Shown: positions 24,918 to 39,949 of the stretch, in pieces
Layout of the letters: the number at the start of each line of letters is the position of its first letter
How positions within the stretch are numbered: position 1 is the stretch's first letter
From: the human T2T-CHM13v2.0 reference genome, Homo sapiens
Length of the DNA: 64,000 nt
Strand: one strand, 5' to 3'
Assembly (NCBI RefSeq): GCF_009914755.1
Contig: NC_060926.1
The notes under the pieces: model-generated
Told to the model about the DNA's origin: nothing
The model's input: only the letters and a program-made list of their open reading frames with translations
The model's database searches: none
Program-made: the position numbers and the translations under genes

Positions 24918-27900
24918 AATATGACATTAGAATAATCCGATTGTCTAGCAAAAGTGGAAATTAAGACTATTTTAGAAGAATTATGTATAACTTATAATCT
25001 AAGAAACATTTTCCCACTTCTTAACTATTGATTATTTGGCTTTAAGACATTTCTCAAACTATCTGCACATGTCATGTATGTTTTTCTGTCCTGGCTGAAA
25101 ATTTTGTTTGGAAAATTAAGGATACATTATAGCATATTCTTTACTAAAGATACATTGTAACACACAGTCCAGGAATTTAGAGATTTAAAGAAGAAGCCTC
25201 AAAATTACTATATGTTACTCCCCTCTATACCTGCTGAGAATGTATCTTTACAGGCATTTTTACAAATGTGCAAACAAATACGTACATATGATATACAGTG
25301 GTAGCTCTCACTATGTATGTATACATGGAAAGAGTATTTAAATGCCACTCAACTGAAATACTGCTAATGATGGTTCAGAATCTGAGTCCATACATCAGTA
25401 CTGAAATATCCAATATTCTTATATATGCATGTGTTTTATTCTCCAACTTGACTTACTTTTTTGCGGAAATCTAAGTGTTAATTTCGTAGAAGGCAGAGGC
25501 TATCACCTCTCTGGTGGAATTACCACGCCTACAACTCTTTTTGGGGTTTTTTTTTTTTCTCTTTTATGGACTGATGTTCACATTTATATTTAAGGCTCTT
25601 CTCATTTGATTTGGCTGTGGCCTGTTTTCTATCACTAGAAGAGAACCCATTCCTGTATTTAATATACAATCTTTCCTCATGGAAAACATATTTCTGCTTC
25701 ACAGTGCCCTTTGTGTGGATTGATGCCCTATGATATTTTCTTCTTTTTTTTAGTAATTCAGCTTTCAATATCAGCTACTGCCTTAGCTCAATAACCACTT
25801 ACTTTATTAGCAAATTTATCAAAGTTTTGAACAGCTCTCAAGTGACAAAGTTTTACTGACACTATATCAAGTCATAAGAAGCCCAGTTAAAATATATAAT
25901 CAATAGAAGAATGTCTAAATGATCTGAATCTTTACATTTTACACTGTATCTCATTTTGTTTTAAGGAAAAAAAAAATGTCATTGTGTTTCTCTACATACA
26001 AGATAGGTTTTGCTGTTTAGGTATATTTTCCCTCTTTTTATTGTTTTTCTGAAAATGTAGTATTTTCATAACCTGTGACGCAAAAAAAAAAGTCATTAAA
26101 CTCTGGCTTATAAAAGGAAACCAGATAAATCTATAGTGGAAGGGAAATTAAACATTGTGATGGTATACTTAATATTTGCAGTATGGGATTGAAGTTATCA
26201 ATCATCATTATTACCATTAAAAGTACTCACTATGAAACCCAAAGCTATGCTAAGTGCTATAACAAAAAGAGTTTAAACAAAACACCCTGCCTTACACTGT
26301 AGAAATACATTATCAATGTAGATACACCTAAGATGTATTACGAGCAAAATAAAAATACTAAGTCTATACATGAAAAGACAGTGAAGAATTTACATCATAG
26401 ACAAATGCATTAGAAGTAGAAGACATGGATACATAAATTCCTGAGAAAAGTAGCCATGAAATTTTCCTATGGCTGAATTGACAGTAGACGCCAGCTGTTC
26501 ACTGATATCAAAAATGCAAAAATGTGGTTAGATTTAACTACTTAAAGTTGATAATGCAGTCTAAAAGTAAACATTTTAATTGTATGAATTTTCACTTCTC
26601 CTTAAATGGGTAGATAGCATGAATATTAATCATGGAATAGATGATGAGTACACACCCTTCTGTTATGAATCTAATTGTCTATTTTGTATTTCCACAATGT
26701 CTAAGTGGGAATTAAGTGGTTAAAACTGAGCACTGCAGTTAAAGTGCCCAGCATTCCCTCTTTCAATTATTTCCAGATTTAATCATGATTTGTGTTTTGA
26801 GCAAGTCACTTAAAGTTTCAATAACTTAGTTTTTCAGGCTGCAAGTTGGGGTTTGAAATTATGACTTCTATTTACACTGAGCAAGTGAAAAAAAGAGATA
26901 TTAAATGACCAACAGTACATTAAGCCCAAACTTACCCTTTCTGCCCACTCTGACATAGGGAGTTATGTGCAAAGTTCTGGGAGCTCTGAAACCACAGGCG
27001 GGGGAAGGCAAAGCAGTATTTATTACAGCCCCATGAATTAGCACAAGCGTGAATGCCCTGGAAAGGAATAAACAGGAGGCTGGAAAGAAATGTAATAAAC
27101 TTGATTTCTTTTTTTCAATCAATTTGGGATAAGGTGCTCTTATTTATGTAATTTGGAAAGTAGTTAAGCAGGGTAATTCCAATACAAGAAGTTTGTGTTG
27201 GAAAATGTGAGTGGAGATAATTCAGTACTTTGTTATGTAATCCCTATGATGGTGTGAGAAGAGTTTTGGAACCTCTGGGGATTAAGAGCCTGACAAAACC
27301 TTATTTTGTCTTTTTTTTTTCTTTGATTTCCTGCTCTGAATACTGCAGAGTGGTAAGATGATGGCACTAAAGCTACTGTTGCCAGCTTTGCCCTTGATGT
27401 CCTTTTGGAATTGAATTGAAATGTTTAGAGCTCCTAGCTGCTAACAAAACTATCTACCTACACTGATGTTGATCTCAATGTCAAACCTCACCGATAAAGT
27501 GAGAACAAGTAGTGTAGAAAGCTGTGTGTAATAGCTTTTCTGAAGTATAATGACTCCACTTTCCTTTAGCAACATTTCTGAAATGTTGGCTGTCCCAGCA
27601 CTTCCAAATTTCAAAAAAAAAATAATAACAACATGTAATCGTAACATGGGAATACCGCGAGAACAGCAGTTTGGCAGGAAAAGAAGGTATTTCAAAATAA
27701 GGTCCCCAGAAAGAGATGTTCTGGCAGATGCACAATTTTGGATCATATTATCCAAACCGTTGAATTCTGGAAGATTTGGGGGTTTTCTTTTTTGGTTCCC
27801 ATACCCTAAATGGGAGTAGATATTCGTCGTCCATCCAGAGGGCATTGTTTCCCCTTCCTGTTACTAAAGTGAGAAAATAAGTATACTAAGGGCACCCATT

Positions 27901-30148
27901 TACAGTAAGCATTCGTAGCTCTAGAGGTGATTTTTAATAGCACAATAGCTGTGTCAGGTATAACACTTGTGTTGGGCTAATGCCTATTCTCATATGTAAT
28001 ACTATTAACTGAAGATCATCTTAGAAAGCCCACTATCCTAACATCTTAGAAAGCCCAGAATTCTAACTCCCCTCTGGTGAGAGCAGTTTTAGCACCAATT
28101 AAGTCTCTCAACTGGTTAAGAATGGTATTTAAAGCTAATGCCTTTGGCCTGTGTGTTGAGATTTGAATTGCCTATTGTTATTGAAAATTCTCAGTCTTTG
28201 AAAAGCATTCTATTTGTTCAGGCTTGACAGAAAAGATCTCCAATGGGAAAAGCAGAGGAAAACATAAAGGAAATATAAGTAAATTCTAGAATACCTGGAA
28301 AGCTAGTACATTTCAGGTTAAGGTTAATGTTTATGGAGGTAAAAATACCTAGGATTAAGAGTGATTGCTCTAGTCTCTTATGCAAATCAGATTAAATATT
28401 TCAGAGTTTAAACCCATATCTCTTTTGGCTCTATTTATTTTCAAATAAAAACTCAAAGTGGGAATGGAAAAAAAAAACTACTCGTTGGCTTAACATAAAT
28501 CTTTAAACTGCAGGAAGCTTCACCCTCAAAAAGTAGTTGAATCTCTGAGGGAAAAGAAAAGGCTGAATTCTATTTTTCATAAATGATGGATTATTGTACC
28601 ACACTGTGTATTTTCCAGTAAAGTGTCCTTTTATTTGCACTGTGTGATTACAAGTTTCTAAAAGTATGTGTGGGGTCACTTGGGTGCTGTGGGAAAATGG
28701 AAGGAACACTGTTCTGTTAAAATCAGTAGTGAAATCAGAAGCAAACTATGTCCCGATTATCACAGGCATGTGTTTAAATTTTGCTTTCCTTAATTGGTTA
28801 TGTTGTATTTACTTAAAATGAACAATTTGGCAAGTTTTTCTCCCTTGACAACAGAAAAGCGTAAACTGTTTTATAAGTTTGGCTGTTAAAATCAGATTTG
28901 TAAACCACGATATTCAAAGACTTTTACGGCTGTTTACAGGGTCCCAGTGATGGACCTTGCTTTATATCCACGCACTTCTTAACATTTTTATTTTGTATTT
29001 ATAGTGCTTTCAAGTTATTTGGTTAATAAAAAGTATGCTATATATTATAGTCATCTATTGACTTCAACCTCTACATAACTCTTCTTAGAACAAAATGAGT
29101 GGAATGAATGATGGCACAGGCCTTGTAATTTGACTTGTCATCTGAGGACAATTATTTACGGCATCAGGAAATGGAAGTTGACGTTCTAGTCTGTCTCCAG
29201 GAAAGTAATCATTAGAGCCAACTTTGGAGAGTTTGGCTACGTTAAAAACTGTCTAATCATGTCCAAGACTCTGCTAGTTTCTCAGTATGTATGAGAAGGA
29301 AACAAGATAAAGCATTTAAAAACATATTTTCATTTTCTTTGAAAAACCAATGCACCTTACACGCATTTCTCACATGTGGAGCCAGATGGTGGTATTGAAG
29401 ACAATATGATATACATATATATCTCTCTAATTAAGAATACTATCACCAGAATACCTAGGGGAGTTTCAAAAAGATATAACTCATACCGTAATTATTTTCA
29501 TAATCTAGCATTTATACGTCATGTGTGTATATTTTAATTTGCAAAGTACTTTCTAATGGCATCGTTTTTACTAGTTCCAAATGGAAGAAAAAAAATATAC
29601 CGTGCTTGGCCCTGCATTTCTTGGTATTCTATCATGGGAAATGGCAAGGTTTTTGAGGTGAGACCAGAAATCGAAAATATTACTTTTGTAACCTGTGAAA
29701 ACTTAGATTGATTATTCTGTGTCATTCCAAAGATGGACTTGAAACCAAAATTGCCCTGAGGCAGAGTTATTCTGAAGGATGTTAAGTGTTTCTTCAGTCT
29801 CCAACACTAGAATACAGACCTATGGGACTTTGACTACAGCTGTCAGTTGAAGCAGATCATACATGACTGGTGGTCACTGCGATGACTGGACCTAGAAGGA
29901 AAGTTGTTAGGATAGCACATAAACACACTTTGTTAAGATGCTCAGAATGACTCTTCCAACTATACAATTTTGAATTTGTTAATGGCTGATATTCAAGGTC
30001 TTGTAAAAGCAATTTTTGTTTGCTTGGGTTCTCAGGGCACTTGATATTTCTCCAAAATGACCTGAGGTCAATCCCTCCTCTTAGATCCTTTAATCTCTTA
30101 CATTTCCATTTGACTCCTTACTGTGCTGCATTATAATTACACAGGCCA

Positions 30149-30773
<625 letters not shown>

Positions 30774-30873
30774 ATAATTACACAGGCCATATACATGTTA
30801 TCCACAACAATTAAACCCAGCACTGCCATGTATATAGTAGGTGGTCAATTTGTGTTTATTTTTTATTATCTTC

Positions 30874-31078
30874 CAGCACTGTCCAACATGAAACATATGT
30901 ATAATGTAAAATCTTCTGGTAGCCACATTTTAAAAAGCAAAAAGAAACAATTTAAATAATAAGATATTTTATTTAGCAGAAAATATCCAAAAATTATCAT
31001 TTCAACATATGGCTCAAACTGCATGTCAAGTGTTCAATAGCCCCAAGTGACTAGTGGCTAGTACATTGGATAGCACAA
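30874..31078 (+). mobile_element. MER33/MER3-type hAT element, internally deleted
   Basis: cagcactgtccaa..gtagccacattttaaaaag..gactagtggcta..ttggatagcaca. Confidence 0.75.
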
Positions 31079-31269
31079 GTCTAAAGCAGTGCTTTTCAAA
31101 CTATTGAGATACACAGAGACAATCATACTTGTATAACACACTGGTGGAAACTGCTCATAGCCAAAGAATATACAGTACAACTGCCACAAGGACTCAGGCT
31201 GTCTTGGTCTTGCCTAAATTACCCTAAGAGCTGAGGACATCTGTTAACTCTCAGACCTATAGTACCCAT

Positions 31270-31503
31270 TTTTTAAAGTTTACTTTAATTTAAAAAAAAA
31301 TTTTTAATTTCCGGGATACATGTGCAGAGTGTACAGGTTTGTTACATAGGTATGCATGTGCCATGGTGGTTTGCTGCAACTATCAACCCGTCATCTAGGT
31401 TTCAAGCCCCACATGCATTAGGTATTTGTCCTAATGCTCTCCCTCCCCTTGCCCCCACCCCTTGAAAGGCCCTGGTGTGTGGTGTTGTCCTCCCTGTGTC
31501 CAT
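31270..31503 (-). mobile_element. 5'-truncated L1PA 3' end
   Basis: gggatacatgtgcag..caggtttgttacataggt..gtgccatggtggtttgctgc..catgcattaggtatttgtcctaatgctctccctcccc. Confidence 0.9.
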
Positions 31504-31787
31504 TCTTAAGAGCCCAATAGCTGGGAAGCTGTCTACCTTTCTCACATGATAGTCACTGTACTTTTATTATCAATTCATTTAAAAAATAGATAGCTCATGA
31601 CAAATATATAGATAGATGGTAGATATGTATGAGATTGTGTATATATACATACACACATATGCTATAGATATATAGACATTTATTTTTCTTTTCAGAGTTC
31701 TTTTACATTTTCTCAATGTATAGATAGACCTTCCACCGATAAATGAGAACTTCAGATGGCCCTATAATTTTTCCAATCAGTTTAAGG

Positions 31788-32017
31788 CAATGATCATCAA
31801 CAGGAAGTAATTCTGTACCCCAACCTCCACCCTCATGGACCTATGGCAAAGTCTGGAGGCATTTTTTTTTATTGTCATAATTAAGGAGGGCGTGCTGCTG
31901 GCATATTGTGGGTACACACCACGGATGCTGTTCCATATCCTACACAGAGGACAGGCCTCTACAACAAAGAATTGTCTACCCTAATATGTCAATAGTACAA
32001 AATTTGGGAAGCAATAC
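31788..32017 (+). mobile_element. MER20 hAT-Charlie element
   Basis: tggcaaagtctggaggcatttt..ggatgctg..atcctaca..acaacaaagaattgtc..atgtcaatagt. Confidence 0.8.
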
Positions 32018-32496
32018 TTTAAAGTAATATAAAGTATTACAGATTTTCAGGTAGCAAGAATTGTCTCAATTTAGTAATTTACAGTACCTAGTCCTATGTG
32101 ATAATCCAAACTTTAATTGAAAAATAAAATTCCACCCTTCTCCCAGCTAGGAGATAAGCAGGATATTTTTCTTTTTCTGTCATTCTCAGTCTTGAACTTC
32201 ACCTTAATTCCCCATTTTGCTAATTCAAGTTTGAGCCTGCTTTGTAGTCAAAGGCAGGGAAAGCAGGATGCAAAAATTCCCTTTCTTTGCCAGTTATAGA
32301 GAGGTTTCTCACTCCCTGGACCAGGTAGATTTTCAAAAGCATATCTATATTTATTAAAAAGAATACCTAATAAAGTATCCCAAACCCTCTCATTATGTCA
32401 ACAATTGAATGAAGGCAGTGGAGCGTTCAGTTAAGATATATATCTTGTCTACAGACACAACAAATTACTATCAGTAATTAATAATAAGACACCTTG

Positions 32497-32815
<319 letters not shown>

Positions 32816-33580
32816 TTAGACCATGCTTAATGAAAACCCAGACCTCATGTATTATATTCATCCCCGAATTCACAGCCTTTAGCATGGAGCCTGATTAGTA
32901 GACATTCAGCAAATATTTGTTCAGGAGTGAATTTTACACACACCTGACTTTGAAGATAAATCTGAGAATAGGAAACTGAGGAGAGGGGACTAATGAAGAC
33001 ATGGAAAAAGTTTGAGGCAAATTATGTTTCTGAATTTCACATAGAACTGGTAGTAATTATACATCAATAAGGAGAGTAAGAAATACCTGCTTCAGAAAAA
33101 TAAATCACTTCAGGTTAATATAGAAAAGAAGATTGACAAGTTTATTCAAGCAAGCAGGACCTCCAGAAATGTCTGCATTAGCTAGGGATGGTATATAATC
33201 ATATTTAATTGAAATCAGCAATGCTAAAGAGTTGTCTCCTGTAGTTTAGATGAATTTTTCTTTACTCTGACCACAATTTTGTGCATAAATACATGGAATT
33301 ATCCATGTAAAGATTACGTTAAATATAAGGAAATGAAAGTGAAAATAAATTGTGAATATATGGAACTAATCCCATTCTCATTGTACATTCATGCTGCAAC
33401 AACAGGACTAATACTTTCATGTGGGCAAATTTTACTCACATGGCTTGTTGTAGACAGAAGAGCCTGAGCTATTAATTCAGGTAGTTGTTTCATAACTACT
33501 GTTTTCTATTCAGATTTGCATAAAGTAATAATCATAAAGGAGAAATTTACCAAAAGCCTCTGATTTTTTTAAATCTTCAG

Positions 33581-33703
33581 TGTTCAGACTGCATCACAGT
33601 GCTTCCGATACAAGCGACAAAAATCGAGTTAAAAGCAGATTAAAGAAGTTTATTACCCGAAGACCTTCCCTGAAAACTCTGCAAGAAAAAGGACTTATTA
33701 AAG
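33581..33703 (+). CDS. ARHGAP15: Internal coding exon of Rho GTPase-activating protein 15 (RPEL-like segment upstream of RhoGAP domain; probably exon 9)
   Basis: Acceptor tgatttttttaaatcttcAG at 33579-80 and donor AAG|GTacag at 33704. 123 nt = 2 + 40 codons + 1: (xTG)FRLHHSASDTSDKNRVKSRLKKFITRRPSLKTLQEKGLIK(G..), matching the ARHGAP15 protein as I recall it. Exon number is from memory. Confidence 0.95.
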
Positions 33704-33984
33704 GTACAGGTCATTTTATACTTGTACTATAACTGTGATAAATGAATGTGCCTCTGTGTTCATAGCTAATCAGCTCTAAAGGAATATTAGAATATTTTAT
33801 TCTTCTTAGGTTGCTTATTAAATTTTCTACTCTGTAACAGAGAAAAGAAAAATAATTGTCCAGAAAACAGATCCTGAGAAAATAAAGGAGGTATCATGGG
33901 GCCATTGAACAATATACCTAGTTTTGCCCACAGAGGATCTGTGTTCTGCACTAGGAACAGAGAAAGGATATCCTAGTGTCCTGC

Positions 33985-34129
33985 TAGAATGATACCATGT
34001 CCTCCTGTGTCTGGGTGGTTCCAGTTCACAGCTGGGTTTTAGTAAGTATGAACCAGCACACTTACCAACCCAGCCCTTTTCACTATCAGAAATGTCCAGA
34101 TTTGGATAAAAGGTTATCTGATCATCCTA
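33985..34129. mobile_element. hAT-Blackjack (MER94-like) MITE
   Basis: cccttttcactatcagaaatgtccagatttggata..atctgatcatccta resembles the MER94 terminus. Confidence 0.55.
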
Positions 34130-34324
34130 GTCATAGTCTGAAGTAAGTGCTAGGAAGAAAGTCTAAGACAAACTAGTGTCATGAAAATGTATGGATATTG
34201 AGAGCTGGCAGTCTAAAAACTCAATCCAAACTGAAATAACTAGGTAGTTTTACAAATATATGTAGAGGGCAGAATAGATGATTGTAAGAATAGATGATGG
34301 CCACCAATCATGGTCTCTGGCATT

Positions 34325-34545
34325 AGACTAATTAGATCACCAGTCACTCATTTTGACATTGATCAAGTTATGATCTTCTCTGTGCCTCAGCTTTCTCATT
34401 TGTTAAATGGGGATACTTATATACATCATTGAAAGGAATAAATGACATAGCCTATGTAAAGCATTCAACAGAGTTTCTGGAACAAAAGTAAATATTCTAT
34501 GAATGCCCACTGCTTATTAATATAATTATTCATTGTTGTTATCAC
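34325..34545 (+). mobile_element. MIR SINE
   Basis: tctctgtgcctcagctttctcatttgttaaatggggata..atgtaaagcatt. Confidence 0.75.
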
Positions 34546-36138
34546 TGTTAGTGTGTCAAATGAAAGGATGAATGGATAGATAGAACCAGTGATTAGTATA
34601 TTTCTATAACTGGAAATTATCTTACAGAATATACAGACTAAATTGATTCTTTTTAAAAACAAGAAAACATGAAGTTCATTATTCTCTGTATTTTTCAAAT
34701 TTTCTAGCTTATGTGTACATTTTGAAAATTAAATGTAAGAAAGAATTTGAAATTGGGCGAAAAGAAACTCCTAACCCTCAGAAGAAAGCTGAAAGGCTAA
34801 ACTTTATAGAAATCGAGAGGTGATTTAATAAGCAATCATTTCTCATGAAGAGGGCAAAGCAGATCCTAATTTCAGCATTACTTAAAAAGATTAGCATTTA
34901 AATAATTTATAACAACTGTTCAATCTATCAGTTTCCGTCCATTTTGAAACAGGTGAACAGATCTGAAAAATTAGCTAGCACTTTGAACCAATTGTAGAAG
35001 GTGAAATTTCATGAAGCAAAAGCATACACATTACTAATAGAATAGAAAATTCTTAGGATTTAAGGGTAAAACGAGGACCTTGCTTTAAATCAGAGTTGCC
35101 TCAGACTTTTACTCTCCGATGCATAATACTTTTCTGAGTTGTAGACAGTAATTGACCCTCTACAGATTCAACTTCACTAAGTAGTATTACTAGTACCTTC
35201 AGTTCTGCCTTAGAATTCATCCTATAGATGATCATTTTCTTGGAAAAGATTCAGTTGCAGGTTAACTGCCATCTTGAAAAATATAAAACCAGCTAAGCAA
35301 CCAACAATCCTAACTTTACATAACGTCCGAGTTTTTCACGACTGGGACAAAATAAAAGGGGTTTTAATTCAGTGGCAGGGTCTGGCTCCACATGAAATGC
35401 TGAAGGATTAATTACTACAGTGCTCTAGAATTGGTCTCAGAAAGCATTAGGAAAGCTGGATGCCTAATGCAGTTTTCATACCGAAGCAATGGAACCGCTA
35501 AACACACTCTGATTCATGCATTTCTTATCTTAGAGCTCCATTAAATTTTCACCATAACTGACCAATGAGTCAGTATTCATTAGTAGGGCTATGGAAAATC
35601 TATGTAAAATTCTGATTTGATAAGCTTCCATTGTTGTCTTCAGTAGAATTTTTTTCCACGTACAGATCAAGTTATGCAAATGTAGTCACTTCTTGGGCTT
35701 GTTTCAGTTTTAGCTATGAACTTTTTTTAAGGCTTTTACTAAGTTTTTGGGTTTTTTTTTCCCAACTCGGTAAAAGGCATTAAACCAATTTTTAAAAATA
35801 CCTGGCTAGTCACACTTAGTACTTTAATCCATTTTTTTCTTACACTTAAAGCAAAGACTTAGAAAAACAATAAAATCAGTATTTTTAATCAGTTAAGAAA
35901 AATTGCATACAATTAATGATTAATGGTTAAATGGTTAGTTTTTGCAAGCAAAATGACTTAACTCTTTCAAAGGGAAGAATTATTTAGAAAGAGGAATAAT
36001 GGCTTTAGAATTGTTCTGCAGCTCACTTGGCCAGATAATCTATATCATACTTTATAAACTGTCTAATCTTCCAGATCGGCACAAAAGGCCTCTATTACCA
36101 AGGTTCAGGAAAGCTGTGCTTGGCAGTTTGGGCCTTAA

Positions 36139-36506
<368 letters not shown>

Positions 36507-36812
36507 GGCCATGTCAATTTTCAAAGTGTTTATTCTTTCACGTAATTCACCAGTAGGTTGAGGAGGCTGGGCTTTGAATTCAACCAGCCTTTATTGAGCA
36601 CCACGATGGGGGCAGGAAGGGCTAATATTTTATTGACCCTATAACGCCCATCAGAGTCACGTCCACAAAGCACTTAATGTGAAAAGAGATTTACCCCAAT
36701 ATCACACAATCTAAACTCAATCACAAGCCCTTTCTTCAAAACCTGTTTTATATGTGGTTTCATTAGCTAGAACCTAGACTTGGAAACAGTCCCTTGATGG
36801 TGCTGTATTTTC

Positions 36813-37135
36813 TTATTTATTTATTTATTTGTTTGTTTATTTTTTTGAGACAGAGGCTCACTCTGTCGCCCAGGCTGGAGTGCAGTGGCATGATCTTAGC
36901 TCACTGCAACCTCTGTGTCCCAGGTTCTAGTGATTCTCATGCTTCAGCTCCTGAGTAGCTGGGATTACAGGCATGCACCACCATGCCCCACTGTTTTTTT
37001 GTTTGTTTGTTTTTTAGTAGAGATGGGGTTTTGCCATGTTGGCCAGGCTGGTCTTGAACTCCTGGCCTCAAATGATCTGCCTGCCTTGGCCTCCCAAAGC
37101 GCTGGAATTACAGGCATGAGCAACCGCACCTGGCC
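36813..37135 (-). mobile_element. Alu (J/old S) SINE
   Basis: Antisense Alu with (TTTA)n tail, ending cacctggcc. Confidence 0.93.
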
Positions 37136-38044
37136 CATATTTTCTAATTTCTTTAATATGACTAAAGAGAAGTACATATTAAGATATCAAATAAAGTGGG
37201 CCAGAAAAAAATTCTGAATGATTGCTCAATGAAAAGAAATCTTAATAGCTCAGGTGGGTGTAGCAAACATTGTACCATTGCAGTGGTAGCTTTGGAAAAG
37301 TTCTCCAAGGGCATTCAAGTTTGCCAAGGAATGGTGAGCCCTTTTTAAATATATGAGTTTATTAACATTGAGCATCTCATTGGGAACAAAACTTGAATCC
37401 GTTTAACATATAAATTATAGGCAAAAGCGTCCATTTTTGGGTGGTAGGAGTGTTTATAAATCTCCTTGGCCTGCTTTTGGAACTGAAGTAACAGCTCTTT
37501 AGTTTTAGCCAGACTGCCTTATGTAATCTTTCAAATAACAGTACTGACATCCAAGTTTAGGTAATACAGTTTTTAGAGAAGATAACCATTGTTTGGCTTT
37601 TTAGGAGCAATTAGTATGCCCTTATGTCAAAATAATAGCATCAGAGAGGATTTAGAAATGTTTAGTGTTTAGAAAGTAGTTTCATTCATCCTAATAAGGA
37701 CAAAACCATACTGGATGGCATTAGTAGAAACTGAAATTAGTATCATATTACTTATTTTTGAATCAGTATATTATAAAACCTGCTTGAAGAATAAATAGCA
37801 CACCTCAGGGATTTATGATAAGGAGAAGTGCTTTCTAGCCTCATCTTAGTTTTGCTCCCTAAAAGGTACCACTTTGAACAGTTTCTATTTATAGTTCTGG
37901 TGATTTGGTCCATACCTACATCCTTCTTATTTAGGGTAAAAGCTGGTTTGTTTTTTTGTCAATGTCCTTCTTATCTTCAGTGTTGTAATATCTTACTTTA
38001 TCAGTCTTAGACAGTACTTTAGGTTTCTACTGCAATAGGCGTGA

Positions 38045-38389
<345 letters not shown>

Positions 38390-38683
38390 CTGCTTGGTTC
38401 TTCTCCTCGCCAGATACTTACAGTCAAATACAGCTCATCCCACAGTCTCCATTAGCTTTCTCCACAACTTGCAAGATGCCTACATCTCTACTTAAGTTTT
38501 GTTAACCCTAGAAAATTGAGCGCTAAGCCTCCATTGGTAAGATGAAGAATTTACAGCCACCTTCTCCTCTCATCTCCTCTGCCTCTTCTCTTCTACTTCT
38601 ATGTCATACAAACTTATTTTACTTTACTTGTTTTTATAAGTATGGCTTATTTATAGGTAAATTTTAAAAGTTAAAAAAAACAT

Positions 38684-38975
38684 GGCTGAGCATGGTTGGC
38701 TCATGCCTGTAGTCCAAACATTTTGGGAGGCCAAAGGAAAAGGACTGCCTGAGGTCAGGGTTCAAGATGAGCCTGGGCACGATAAAGAGACCCTGTCTCT
38801 CTACAAAAAGTGAAAAAAGTTAGCCAGGCGTGGTGATGCATGTCTACAGTCCCAGCTACACAGGAGACTGAGATGGAAGGATTGCTTGAGCCCAAGAAGT
38901 CAAGGCTGCAGTGAGCTATGATCACATCACTGCACTCCAGCCTGGGTGACAGAGTGAGACTCCCTTTCTTAAAAA
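38684..38975 (+). mobile_element. AluJ SINE
   Basis: gattgcttgagcccaagaagtcaaggctgcagtgagctatgatc. Confidence 0.92.
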
Positions 38976-38983
38976 TCAATCAT

Positions 38984-39287
<304 letters not shown>

Positions 39288-39949
39288 TCAATTAATCAAT
39301 CTATCAACATTCATACTATTATGCTTACATAAGATTGTTTACTGTAGCACCACATAGACTTCCTTTCCTGTACTTATAATATCACAACTCCCGTGACTCT
39401 CAAAGGGTAAGGCCCCTGATTATTGTGGAAAAACTCTCCTTTTACATTTGAGGGATATATTAACAGTTTTATGCTGTTTCACGTTACCTCCATGGCTTTT
39501 TCATATTTTGGACTAAATGGTGAAAAAAACAATAATCAGCTTTATTTTAGTCATGTAAATACTATCAAATCTTTGGCCAAGTTATATGCCAGATTGGTTG
39601 AACATATCCATGGGTGGCATGCTGTGAATTATGGGCCACTCCAGTTATACTGTTCTTGCTTTCAAACCTTATGCTCTATCATTTGCTTATAATCACGCTT
39701 TTAGTCTGATTCATTTTTCCATTTTGAATTTCCTGCACAGTGTTCTTCCCCTACCCAGAGTTTCATTTTTTTCTTGCATTCTGGGCCCTTATGTCATTAT
39801 GTGCTTTCATTCTCTCAAACTGTCTGTGTATTCTAGTCTGCCACTCCTTGCTTTTTTCCCCCTGAGTATCTTCTTCTAAAGTCCTTTCAGCCTCTTTCTC
39901 CAATTTGCACTGGTTGCTCTCCAGCTGATTGCCCTGTGATCTCCTTCCA

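Noticed and set aside
27450-27845. 131-aa minus-strand ORF and overlapping ORFs
   Set aside because: No recognisable domain or splice context; consistent with chance.
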